From positions 1 to 24,644 of the forward strand of contig NW_021836355.1 in assembly GCF_006345805.1 (NCBI RefSeq): a DNA stretch of 24,644 nt, given 5' to 3'. The stretch's first letter is position 1. Each line of letters opens with the position of its first letter. The notes under the pieces are model-generated. The model searched no databases. It was not told the DNA's origin and saw nothing but the letters and a program-made list of their open reading frames with translations. The stretch is from Octopus sinensis. Its lineage: Eukaryota. Below, in pieces: positions 1 to 11,092 of the stretch. The translations under genes were made by a program, and so were the position numbers.

Positions 1-432
1 AATCTGTTTGTCTGTCCTTTTTTTCCTCTCTGTGTTTAGCTCCATTATGGGTAGTAAATATAAAGTATTTCGTCTACCGCTACGTTCTGAGTTCAAATTC
101 CACCGAGGTCGAATTTGCCTTTCATCCTTTCGGGGCCGATAAATTAAGTACCAGTTACACACTGGGGTCGATGTAATCGACTTAACCCGTTTGTCAGTCC
201 TTGTGTTTCCTCTCTGTGTTTAGCCCCAATATTGGTAGTAAAGAAATAGGTATTTCGTCTGCCGCTACGTTCTGAGTTCAAATTCCACCGAGGTTCACTT
301 TGCCTTTCATTCTTTCGAGGTCGATTAAATAAGTACCAGTTACGCACTAGGGTCGATATAATCGACTTAATCAGTTTGTCTGTCCTTGTTTGTCCCCTTT
401 AGTTTAGCCCCTTGTGGGCAAAAAGAAATAAG
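1..432 (+). mobile_element. Head-to-tail array (~2.3 units, 185-bp period) of the abundant tRNA-derived SINE with a Meta-like central domain
   Basis: GTATTTCGTC recurs at 65 and 250. Each unit has the B-box-like GAGTTCAAATT, then GCCTTTCATCCTTTCGGGGTCGATAAATTAAGTACCAG (resembles the Meta/MESC SINE domain as I recall it) and the tail ...AGCCCCTTGTGGG..AAAGAAATA. Truncated by the window start. Confidence 0.85.
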
Positions 433-616
433 AACTACGGTTCTTGTTCTATGACCGGCGCCGTATTATGCTGAAGAACTTAACTCCAAAATAGCTCGTT
501 TCATCATCATCAAAATGGGACCAAATGTTTAAATGTTATGTCGTTATTCGTTTTTGAAACATTCTCCATGTAAATCAGTGAGTTGGAACATGTTTTAATG
601 TATCACAGATGGGGTG

Positions 617-750
617 AGGGTCAGCCTCGTTACATTCTGTGTCACGCAGAATCTATCTGAAAGCTACATTAAGGGTATACACGTGGCTGTGGAGTGCTTA
701 GCCACTTCCATGTTAATTTCACGAGTAGGCTGTCTCAACTGGAACACTCG
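617..750 (+). mobile_element. Degenerate SINE 3' tail fragment
   Basis: AGGGTCAGCCTCGTTACATTCTGTGTCACGCAGAATCT...GTGGAGTGCTTAGCCACTTCCATGTTAATTTCACGAG aligns with the reverse complement of ~17683-17790. Confidence 0.65.
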
Positions 751-789
751 TTGAGGGAGAAGCAGTTAATCATTATTGCTCCAGCTGGC

Positions 790-990
790 TATTTTGGCAT
801 ATTCGCTTCTCAAGCACATCCCATATACCCATTCACTCTGCATTCCATCTCTCGTCACTTTTGGTGGAATCCAATCTCTCCGGCCCCACTCTAATCATAA
901 TGTCCAGTTTCTTATTTCGCCACTAGAACATAGGCCCTTTCCAATCTCTTACCTGCCTTTGTCATTTCTTCGGATGTCGCCCCGTAAGTC
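790..990 (-). pseudogene. Possible highly decayed RTE-clade LINE ORF fragment
   Basis: Minus strand gives TYGATSEEMTKAGKRLERA (compare RTE YGxETWxxTKxxExRL) and, in another frame, KSDERWN (compare DxRWT). Multiple stops; weak. Confidence 0.3.
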
Positions 991-1025
991 TAAACGTAAC
1001 ATTAACAACAACGGATGACCTGAAA

Positions 1026-1232
1026 CCGGCGGTATCAGTTGTTAGTTGTCGGAGCACTGCATCCTTCAAAACTTCCATGCTTCCTGAGATTCGCCAACAC
1101 TGTACCTGATTTTCTCCCCTCCATACACTGTTCCCTTTCCAGACATTTGTACATTACTGCATATGCTTTATATGCACCTTTGACAAGTTGTGGTGCACCT
1201 GAGCACTGTATAAAATAATTTCATTATTATAT
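1026..1232 (+). mobile_element. 5'-truncated CR1/L2-type LINE 3' end (ORF2 C-terminus, 3'UTR and TTA tail)
   Basis: 1026-1109 translates PAVSVVSCRSTASFKTSMLPEIRQHCT* (compare the CR1/L2 end LPxxVVxAxSxxSFKxxL). A UTR follows, ending AATAATTTCATTATTAT. Confidence 0.6.
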
Positions 1233-1504
1233 TTCAAAAGGGTTTAGAACCCTGTCCCTTTTTCCAAAACCTGAAATAAAGAAGAAAATATAAACTTATA
1301 GCAGTTAATTCATCTGTTGTTCCTACGAAATGTTAACTTCCACTATTTTAAGTGTTCTACGTGTTTCGTTAACTCACACGGTGGTGTGTTTGTTATGTTA
1401 CACTTTACAAACAAGATTAGAGGAGATCCGAACAGAAAATCGATGCAACGAAACCTTAGGTCTGGATAAGTAATCCTGCTTATCTTACATAAGACAAACA
1501 TGTA

Positions 1505-2240
1505 TCTGGCGCTACACTCATACACACATAGATACACACAGATGCGCACACACATGCACACTCGCACACATACACGACGCATAGAATTATATATATATAC
1601 GCATACACGATATATAAATTTATATACATATATACACACATATACGTATACACATACGCACGCACATATATACAAATACAAATATATATATATATACACA
1701 CATATATAGTATATATTTATTTATTCATGTGTATGTATATGCATATATATGTACATATATATTATATATGTATATATATACATAAATAAATATGTATATA
1801 TAAATATATATGTACACATGTATGTATATATAGACATATGTATACATATACATGTATAAATGTATATATATATATATATATATATATATGTCTATATATA
1901 CATAAATATCTATATATATATTTATATATGTATATATATTTATATATATTATGTATATATATATATATAAACACATACATATTTATGTATATACATATGC
2001 ATAGGTGTATGTATATATACATATTTTACACGCACATAAAGATACGTACTATACTTGAATATTTGCATATGAAATAAAATTCATTCTTGCGTATGTATAT
2101 GCGTGGTTTCTGTGTGCATTTTTCATATACATGTACAAAAAGGAAACTCGTACATAACACTATGCGTAACGTAATACATTCAAACAACATAAACATCCAT
2201 ATTGATAGATATATGATATATATATATATATATATACACA
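1505..2240. repeat. Compound (AT)n/(AC)n/(ATAC)n microsatellite field
   Basis: Direct reading; source of the YI/HT/CV-repeat ORFs. Confidence 0.95.
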
Positions 2241-2723
2241 CTTTATGTGTGCAGAACAACACATAACCAATCTATGCATATAATTTAACACATACGCTTA
2301 CGAATATTAATACATATTCATCGTTGAATATTCTCTCAAACTTATAAGTGTTTTTACAAACACGCAGAGATAAATGCATAGAAACGTACCCTATTCACAG
2401 ACGTACCTCGACACACACAATCACACGTATACGTATATTCGTATATATATTCCCTGCTGACCTTTATGCTGCCTGAAACATGTAGACAATCTTTCGTCTC
2501 GCATCAATGGAATATGTAACTAGAGATATTAATTGGCCTGTTGTCAGAACGTCGCTGTTTCTGATTGGTTATACTAACTATTGATCTGATCACGTTGACA
2601 ATAGCGACTGGGTGGCATCGCAGTTTACTGTAATGTATTGTGCGATGCAAATAAGGTTATTCAATATGACAGCACATAGTTTACACAACAATCGGTATGT
2701 CTACAACACTACGAATATGAATA

Positions 2724-2724
<1 letters not shown>

Positions 2725-2781
<57 letters not shown>

Positions 2782-2916
2782 TCATACATACTTACACGCG
2801 TACACACATACGCATTATCAAACACATATACTACTGAGTATTTGCTTATAGAACAAGCCTTGCAGTTATGAAAATAAAGCGTTCAATATTAGTGACATGT
2901 ATTATATTCCTTAAAA

Positions 2917-2960
<44 letters not shown>

Positions 2961-3056
2961 TGTGTGTGTGTGTGTGTGTATATATATATGTATATATATA
3001 TGTATATACACCACATATATATATAAAGATCTATATGTGTATGTATATATACATGT

Positions 3057-3143
<87 letters not shown>

Positions 3144-3183
3144 TATATGTATATTATATATTCACGTATGTTTGTACGTATAT

Positions 3184-3214
<31 letters not shown>

Positions 3215-3255
3215 ATATATATATATTATATATAATATATATATATATATATATA
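2725..3255. repeat. (CA)n at 2725-2776 and compound (AT)n/(GT)n at ~2916-3255
   Basis: Direct reading. Confidence 0.95.
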
Positions 3256-4203
3256 TTAAGGTATGTAGAAAAATACAACATGGACAAGAACGTATAACTC
3301 TTAGAAGACGATAACAATAAACACGGACAGGACATTCGAAACCCTCAGTCTTCAGTCAAAACCGGATCATCGTAGTAATTTCGGCTGATTAATCTTGAGA
3401 TTACTAGATCACGGCCAGCCCTCCAAGAAAAACTAAGCAACGAGCATTAGAAAAACTAAGCTGGGAGCGTAGATTTCCTGGAAGAAGGATCGAATGCATA
3501 CGGACACCAGGACAGCAAAAGGGACGATATAAAAAAACAAAAAAATAATGGAATACAGAAACATGAATACAGAAGCATTAACGGTGAAAACAACAACAAG
3601 TGTCTTACGACTGATAACAAGCAAACAAATTTTTTCTCTCGGCGGACGAAAAACAACGATGTTAACACGACGCTGGTCAGAAGCTGAAAGGCAGATTTCG
3701 GCCAGCAGTCACGTGACAGAGAAGAGAGAAAAGAAAAGAAAGAGAAGCAACGGAAGAGAGAGAGAGAGGAGGGACAAACGCGACAAAGAGCGAGAAGAGA
3801 GAGAAAGAAGGAATCAGAGAGGAGAAGGGATGGGTGTCGAAGAGCGACCTTGCAGAGCGAGACAAAGAAATAGGAAGGTAGTGGAAGATTAGACCAAAGA
3901 ATCAGAGGAAAGAGAAGAGAAAAAGAGGATGAGTAGAGAGAGAAGGGGACAGATCAAGTAAAAGTGAGAGAGAGAGAGAGACAAACAAAGAGTCGTACCA
4001 GTTATTAAGAATATGTGCTCACATTAATGTTAAGAGGGTACGTGGCGCCTGGAATATATGTTAAGGTATGTAGAAAAATACAACATGGACAAGAACGTAT
4101 AACTCTTGAAGACGATACAATAAACACGGACAGGACATTCGAAACCCTCAGTCTTCAGTCAAGAACCGGATCATCGTAGTAATTTCGGCTGATTAATCTT
4201 GAG

Positions 4204-4207
<4 letters not shown>
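3256..4207. mobile_element. Partial tandem element with 148-bp terminal direct repeats (R-U-R, 805-bp period) inserted in (AT)n; pseudo-LTR-like, probably PLE-related
   Basis: 3256-3403 and 4061-4207 are near identical (TTAAGGTATGTAGAAAAATACAACATGG...TTAATCTTGAGATTA). (AT)n abuts both outer ends. No recognisable protein; the interior is purine-rich. Confidence 0.7.
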
Positions 4208-4240
<33 letters not shown>

Positions 4241-4569
4241 GTGCATATGTGTGCACATAAATATCAAAAATGGAAGTATGTATAACTACATACGTAAATA
4301 TATGCATGCGTGCGTGCGTATATATATATATATGTGTTTGTGTGTGTGTGTGTGTGTGACTGTATGTGTACAGCGGTTGGACAAAATAACAGAAGCACCA
4401 CTTTCTGTTGAGCAATTTTACTCTATTAAGAATACGACAAATTCATACCTGCTCTAGTATATATATGAGTGGTTATATTCATTGTGTATGCATTGTTCTA
4501 CTACGCCCGTAGCTCTCTCGTTTTCTGCTTTTCCAGATTTTTTTGATTTTTTCAAATACGTTAAAACTC

Positions 4570-5859
4570 ATGACGCATCATATTTGAAAGAGAACAAATT
4601 ATTGGAGTATGGATGGTTGAATTGTTTAATGTTTTAAGTGGTGCGCATTAAAAAATAAAACAATGTAAGAACCAACTCCAGCAAGAGCATGGTTTCTAGA
4701 TGCTGAGCAAAGCAAATTGAGAAGCACTGTAGAATAAAGAAAAGTATTGTGTGTAAAATACCATCTTAGTACGGTAAGCAAATGCGAGAGCAGAGCTGAA
4801 CCATCTCCTCGTCATCATTAAGTTATAACCGCAGGTCGTCAGCTCTAAGAAGCTGGATACCGTGGGAGAGATGAAATGGCAAAAAATCATTCCTGTTGCC
4901 CATCAACATTGATAGGCCGTGAAAAGGGTGATTAGCCTTAATGGAACAATATCATCGTTCCTGATGAATCATCATCCAATTCTTTTCCGACTTCGGGACG
5001 TGTTTATGTCTGGAGAAGTCTAAAAGAAACCTTGAACTCAGACTGTTTAACCTCAACCATGAAGCATGGAAATTACTCTATGAGGATTAGGTAACCATTT
5101 CAGGGAATTCTATTCACCCTTTAGTTAACCCCAAAGATCATCTGAATAATTTGGCTGAGGATTTCTATACAATGGTACAAATATGTTCCCCTGATGATAA
5201 CGCAATCTTCCAGTACGAAATATGTGCAAATTCACTTGGCAGATGTTCTACAAAACCGTTACGAAGGGCTCAAATATGAAGTAGACCACGATCACAGGAT
5301 ACTAAATCTCGATATTATCGAACAATTTTCGATGCATTTTGGAACAGCATGTGACAAGCTGCTTTCCTCCACCATTATCACTGAATTATATAGGCGCAGG
5401 AGTGGCTGCGTGGTAAGTAGCTTGCTAACCAATCACATGGTTCCAGGTTCAGTCCCACTGCGTGGCATCTTGGGCAAGTGTCTTCTTCTGTCGTATATAT
5501 GTATATATATATGTATATATGTGTGTGTGTGTTTGTGTGTCTGTGTTTATCCCTCTAGCATTGCTTGACAACCGATGCTGGTGTGTTTACGTCCCCGTCA
5601 CTTGGCGGTTCGGATAAAAGTGACCGATAGAATAAGTACTGGGCTTACAAAGAATAAGTCCCGGGGTCGAGTTGCTCGATTAAAGGCGGTGCTCCAGCAT
5701 GGCCACAGTCAAATGACTGAAACAAGTAAAAGAGTAAAAGAGTAGGTGTCACTTGAATAATGACTCAAAATTCTCCTAACAACCATTCGGAACATGTGAA
5801 AACCCAATTCTGGAGGTCGTCAAGCTCTGATCGATGCAAAATTTGAACCATTTTCGTAA
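4570..5859 (+). pseudogene. Tc1-like transposase pseudogene (frameshifts, stops, SINE-interrupted)
   Basis: Fragments in different frames: FEREQIIGVWM (N-terminus), WNNIIVPDESS..FPTSGRVYVWR..TMKHG (first catalytic D, 4942 onward), DNAIFQYE (second D mutated), NLDIIEQ, LEQHVTSCFPPP, and after the SINE LKILLTTIRNM...QALIDAKFEPFS*. Confidence 0.88.
5393..5744 (+). mobile_element. CORE-like tRNA-derived SINE nested in the Tc1 element
   Basis: Head GGCGCAGGAGTGGCTGCGTGGTAAG...GGTTCAGTCCC, CORE-like CATCTTGGGCAAGTGTCTT, internal (AT/GT)n, tail GGCGGTGCTCCAGCATGGCC...GAAACAAGTAAAAGAGTAAAAGAG. Same family as 15478-15881 and 21807-21960. Confidence 0.85.
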
Positions 5860-6284
5860 TAAATAATAAAACTCCCTTTTAAGAAGGTGCTTCCTTTATT
5901 TTAGCCAACACCTGTACGTTTGTGTGTGTATGTATATATAAACATGTGTGTGTGCGCGTGTGCGTGTGTGTGTGTTTGAAGATGTGATAGACAAATAGCT
6001 GTGGTCGTACTGGAAAAGATTGTGATGATAGAAGTAGGCCTAGAAAAACCTGGTTCCATCGAGTTGAAGAAGGGACAGAATGTGATTGAGATCTTATTTA
6101 ACGCTGCCTGTCAGGTAAAAAGCGTAAGGAGATATAAATCTCTAGCAGAGAGAGAGGGAGAGAGAGAGAGAGAGAAGGTGGCGAATGGGGGAGAGAAAAT
6201 GTTAACGTTCTTGTGTGAGTTTGGCATGAAATTGAAAGATCTGTCTCTATTACAGAGATACATAGAAAGAGGAGGAGACGTAGT

Positions 6285-6291
6285 CTGTGTG

Positions 6292-6372
<81 letters not shown>
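6285..6372. repeat. (GT)n microsatellite
   Basis: Direct reading. Confidence 0.95.
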
Positions 6373-6374
<2 letters not shown>

Positions 6375-6620
6375 TAATGGTGTCGCGTGAGTTCGGGAGT
6401 CAGATAGAAATAAGATTTATGTCCTTGAAAGAGAAAGAAATAGGAGAAAGGTGACAAATATTTTGCAGTGTTCATGATTAACATAATGTCTAGCAGCAAC
6501 TAATTGAACCCCAACAAGGGTTGAATGTTTAGTGTATCTATAATCCTACACAAAGCTTCTAGAAGGTTCACCGAAATTTCACGCCCAAAGTAAAACTTAT
6601 TTGTGTGTCTACTGACATTA

Positions 6621-6956
6621 GGTGAAGACCCCCTTAAGTCATGAATGACCATGGGATTGCACCTAAAAGTCACCCTCCAAGGTACAAGTCCGGGCAAGGT
6701 TGTTAATGGAAGACCAGCGGTCGCTCATGCATACCAGCTTCCATTCTCCATGCCACCAATATTATGCAAGGGAAAGGCAAAGGGGTTGATACAGCTTGGC
6801 ACCAGTGATGTCGCAACTCATTTCTACAACTGAGGAAACTAGATCAACGTGAAATAAAGTGTCTTGCACAAGAACACAATCCACAACCCTGTCCGGCTAT
6901 CGAACTCACTATCTCATGATGTTGAGCTCGACGCTCTAACCACTGAGCCATGCGCC
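6621..6956 (-). mobile_element. tRNA-derived SINE with CORE-like domain (second family)
   Basis: Minus strand: A box TGGCTCAGTGGTT (6938-6950), B box GAGTTCGATAGC (6896-6907), then GTGTTCTTGTGCAAGACACTTTATTTCACGTTG...CTCAGTTGTAGAAATGAG. The tail ends GGTCATTCATGACTTAAGGGGGTCTTCACC. Confidence 0.8.
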
Positions 6957-7024
6957 ATCCTGACGTCACTCATATCTAATATGGTGGCGAGCCATATTAG
7001 CTACGACATTACTCATAACTATAA

Positions 7025-7653
7025 GGCGGCGAGCTGGCAGAATCGTTAGCACGCCAGGCGATATGCTTATCGGTATTTCGTCTGCCGTTACGTTCTAAGT
7101 TCATATTCCACCGAAGTCGACTTTGCCTTTCATCCTTTCGGGGTCGATTAAAATAAGTACCAGTTACGCACTGGGGTCGGTATAATCGACTTAATCCGTT
7201 TGTCCATGTTTGTCCTCTCTGTGTTTAGCCCCTTGTGGATAGTAAAGCAGTAGGTATTTCGTCTGCCGCTACGTTCTGAGTTCAAATCCCGCCGAGGTCA
7301 ACTTTGCCTTTCAACCTTTCGGGGTCGATAAATTAAGTACCAGTTATGCACTGGGGTCGATATTATCGACTTAATCCCTTTGTCTGTCCTTGTTTGTCCC
7401 CTCTATGTTTAGCCCCTTGCGGTCAATAAAAAATTAAGAAACGTTAGCACGTCGGTCGAAATGCTTAGCGCTATTTCGTCTGTCGCTAGGTTCTGAGTTC
7501 AAATTCTGCCGAGGTCGACTTTGCCTTTAATCGCTTCGGGTTCGATAAATTAAGTACCAGTTACGCACTGGAGTCAGTGTAATGGACTTAATACATTTGT
7601 CTGTCCTTGTTTGTCCCCTCTGTGTTTAGCCCCTCGTGGGCAATAAAGACATA
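7025..7653 (+). mobile_element. Trimeric Meta-like SINE array inside one 14-bp TSD
   Basis: Full head GGCGGCGAGCTGGCAGAATCGTTAGCACG at 7025. Units restart at 7073, 7254 and ~7471. CATATCTAATATGG occurs at 6971-6984 and 7661-7674. Confidence 0.85.
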
Positions 7654-7829
7654 AGTTGCACATATCTAATATGGAATCTGATTGACCGCAATATATGTCA
7701 GGGAGCGTGTTATTCATAGGTGGAGGTTGTCCATCATTAGGCGTACAAAGGTTTACCAAATATGGTTACATTGACGAAGGAAGCCTTCAGGTCGATATAG
7801 AGGTTTGATGAAACCGAATCCAGAAAACT

Positions 7830-8027
7830 GAGCTGGCAGAAACGTTAGTCGTCTGTCGTTAGGTTCTGAGTTCAAATTTCGCCGAGGTCGACTTTTCCTT
7901 TCATCCTTTCGGGGTCGATAAATTAAGTACTAGTTGCGCACTGGGGTCGATGTAATCGACTTTATCCCTTTGTCTGTCCTTGTTTGTCCCCTCTGTGTTT
8001 AACCCCTTGTGGGTAGTAAAGAAATAT
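7830..8027 (+). mobile_element. Meta-like SINE copy with an internal head deletion
   Basis: GAGCTGGCAGAAACGTTAG joined directly to TCGTCTGTCGTTAGGTTCTGAGTTCAAAT; full body and tail. Confidence 0.85.
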
Positions 8028-8149
8028 ATTACATATGTTAGAATTAAACTAGTGAGAGAGAGAGGGGGGAGGAGGAGGGAGGGAGGGAAAGAGAGAGAGA
8101 GAGAGAGAGGCTTAGAAGTAAACTGTGCTGTTCATTATATCGAGATATT

Positions 8150-8490
8150 ATAGGGTAAGCAAATGCTTAGACTTTGAAGTAAATGCCACTTGTTAATGTC
8201 GTAAAGCGTAGTTTGATGCACTATAAACGTCAGGTTTTAGGTTGCTACTTAAGCTGTTGAAACCGTTCAGAAAGTAAATATTGATGTATTGGAGCAATTC
8301 CCATGCTTCCCTGATTGTGTTCCTTCGGTTTATTACATATGTTTGCCTCTCAAAGACCTCTTGAGAAGTAAGAGGACAAAGACATAATGGAATCTGTGCA
8401 TGCGTGGCTCATCTGTCACTTTTCTCTGAAGGAATAGAGGAAATGGATAATGTGTGGTGAAACGCAAATGAACTATGTTAGAAAATGTTG
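8150..8490 (+). pseudogene. Mariner-like transposase C-terminal remnant
   Basis: From 8256: VETVQKVNIDVLEQFPCFPDCVPSVYYICLPLKDLLRSKR (compare mariner TIQKLGFEVLEHPPYSPDLAPSDYHLFGPLKDALRGRR). Frameshifted MESVHAWL, FSEGIE and RKW...NYVRK follow. Confidence 0.75.
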
Positions 8491-8871
8491 TCCATCAATA
8501 TTAAGGATCTCTATAATCGTGATATGGATTAAAAGCATAATAAACGACCCGCCAAATGCTACAGAGAGTAACCATGGGTTTTGCAATAAAATTGCGCTTG
8601 AAAGTTAGACGTTGTAACATGTTGATGCATTCAAATCGAAACATCGAATTTTCACTAGGGTTTGATTGTTCATAATCTTAATTTTGGTTATCCTTGGGTC
8701 GCACCATTGTTTACTATTTGTTGCTTTACCAGTTGTTAAGGCATGCTATTAAAGCAAAAATTTACCCCCCCCCCAGCCGTTCCCTTATACACACATACTT
8801 ATTCATTTACATGATGTATACATAAATATATGTATACACCGTTGGCGATTTCTTGGCGCAAGAGAGAGTGA

Positions 8872-8909
<38 letters not shown>

Positions 8910-9195
8910 AGAAGGGAAAAGTCCCGCGTACTTAAGAACAACGGAAATATTCTAAAAAACATTTCATTTAATTTCCCCCAAATTTAATAGTTTTTCATGC
9001 TTTACTCTAAGTTGAAAAAGTCGCTAAGTCTGAAACTGGTACTAAAATGGTTTCCATGATAAAATTGTTTTAACGTTTTCTACCATGTATTATTTTCCTT
9101 ATACATATCAACTAGTATGATACTTTTCAACTTTCTACATGTATATATATGTATATATATATATACATGTATTCGCCATGATAGAACGGTAGCCA

Positions 9196-9340
9196 CTACA
9201 CACATTTTTTCTTCCCTGGTTTCTATACGTGCTCCTTTCTGTGTAAGAGCGTAGGCTCGAAACGTTAAAGACTTTTCCCATTCCCGAGTGTTATACTAAA
9301 ACATCTGTTTCCTACACCACCTGTCTTCGTCTTTTGTATG
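9196..9340 (+). mobile_element. Short dispersed repeat carrying a degenerate minimal hammerhead (PLE pLTR-like)
   Basis: Aligns with 15280-15430 (CTTTCT..AAGAGC.TAGG...GAAACGT.AAA...GAG.GT...ACATCT...CACCTGTCT.CGTC). Confidence 0.65.
9235..9270 (+). ncRNA. Degenerate minimal type I hammerhead ribozyme motif (probably inactive)
   Basis: CUUU-CUGUGUA-A-GAGC guag GCUC-GAAA-CG-UU-AAAG. Helix I CUUU/AAAG, perfect helix II, palindromic helix III. The core deviates from CUGANGA at A6 and G8. Confidence 0.55.
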
Positions 9341-10447
9341 TATGTATATATGTATGTATGTGTGTATGTATGTTTGTATATGTATATAAACATATATACA
9401 ATTGTATTAATTTGGATGAATTCTGCCGATATTAACGGATATCTGCTTGTATATCCAGTAAAAAGAGAATTCTTGTGGTATGATAACATATGATAGCCGA
9501 TACATTTGGAGAAGCATTATAAAGCAAGCACTAAAGTTATATCACATGATATCAAATCTGTGTGAGTATGTGTGTGTGTATCTGTGTGCAAGTGTGTGTG
9601 TGTGCGTGTGTGTATATGTATACGTGTCTGGGTACACTCATATGGATATATTTTATATATTCATGCATATATACAAGCATACTTGTATACACACACACAC
9701 ACACACACACATATATGTGCGTGCGTGTGTTTGTGTGTGTGCGTGCTCGCATATGCATGTATATTATTTATATATATATGTGTGTGTATGTGTGTGTGTG
9801 TGTATACATTTAGCATGCATGTATACGTAGGTGTATGTATGTCCACGGGCATAAATATGCATCTTTAAATGTATGTGCATGTATAGAAGGAATGCATTTC
9901 CTCTTCACTGCACGCATATTTTTTTTTTCCTTTCTGATTAATTCAGAAGATTGAGGTTTTGAGTGATTGAAGTTAGTTTTCACATTACATTAGATATTTT
10001 GGCATTAACTGAACGAAATTTTTCGGTTCACCGACAGGATTAAAACAACAAATTCATGTTCAATGTTTTTAGTTAAAATATAGCACGGTATATCATGGAC
10101 TATTTAGTTTTCATACAACATGCATACACACGTACATACATATGCACGTACGTTCACACATGCACGGCGACCGTCAGCTCTTAGACGATTATGGCCGCCG
10201 TTGACAAATTATCTTATCCTAGATGTTGAAGACAATGATTGTCAGCAATGTCCGAGCTGGAATTTAAAGTCAATACCAGCTTCCACAATACCACTTATAG
10301 TCTCACCTACAAAGCCAAGTACTCCAGAGGAAAAGAAAAACCAAGATCGGTTCCACAACGACGTGGGTATTATTTCTGAATTTTCCTTTCCTAAAGAGAT
10401 GTCTCACATTTCCAGCTGTTGGATGGCCGTTTACACTACTGAGATCG

Positions 10448-10534
<87 letters not shown>

Positions 10535-10571
10535 TATTTTATATATATATATAGATATGTGGTGTGTGTGT

Positions 10572-10605
<34 letters not shown>

Positions 10606-10702
10606 TATATAAATAAGGATAAGATCGTTAATTTAAATATCGATCTTATCAAGTTGCCAGCATGGGAATAAAAACCTTCAAAGGTAATAATTATTATTAA
10701 AG

Positions 10703-10832
10703 TTATAATTTAGGGTATCTAAGAGATACCTCCACGCTGGAAATAGCAGCCAAAACTTGACTCTAAAACCACATTAAAGTTTTGGCTGCTATTTCCAGCG
10801 TGGAGGTATCGCTTAGATACCCTAAATTATAA
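10703..10832. repeat. 56-bp near-perfect inverted repeat with an 18-nt spacer
   Basis: Arms 10703-10758 and 10777-10832; one mismatch (10724/10811). Confidence 0.95.
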
Positions 10833-10896
10833 TTATATATATATGTATGTATGTATGTATGTGTTTTAGTGTATATATATATTAATATATGCTTGA

Positions 10897-10932
<36 letters not shown>

Positions 10933-11092
10933 ACTTTTACAAACATTTCATAATTATGTGCATAATTATAACAAGGCCTTGGTTTGCACCTCACCACGCA
11001 CTGAAGAAATAGCCGTTAAAAGACACTATTGCCACTATAAATTTCCCGAGAATAATACACCACATAATAGGCTAGCAAAAGAAAGAAAATGA

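Larger units (their letters stand above)
4371..5914 (+). mobile_element. Complete decayed Tc1-family DNA transposon (TIRs and TA TSD) with a nested SINE
   Basis: Left TIR 4371-4399 CAGCGGTTGGACAAAATAACAGAAGCACC. Right TIR 5886-5914 GGTGCTTCCTTTATTTTAGCCAACACCTG (6 mismatches in 29). TA at 4369-70 and 5915-16. Internal transposase remnants. Confidence 0.9.

Noticed and set aside
1-432. Regularly spaced repeats as a CRISPR array
   Set aside because: Units are ~185-bp whole repeats without unique spacers, in eukaryotic context, with no cas genes.
3375-3430. GGCUG...CAGCC-GAAA on the minus strand of the R-U-R element, resembling a PLE hammerhead helix II
   Set aside because: No CUGANGA in register and no helix III/NUH site; the nearby CUGAAGA lacks a matching helix II and GAAA.
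4961-5197. CTGATGA motifs at 4961 and ~5191
   Set aside because: They are codons of the Tc1 transposase remnant (PDE, PDD), with no hammerhead helices.
6001-6180. Open stretch ending CAG|GTAAAA as a possible host exon
   Set aside because: No polypyrimidine acceptor and no recognisable protein similarity; cannot be supported.
10170-10450. Unique island within ORF 10120-10554
   Set aside because: No recognisable domain in any of the frames I translated; the ORF ends are supplied by microsatellites.
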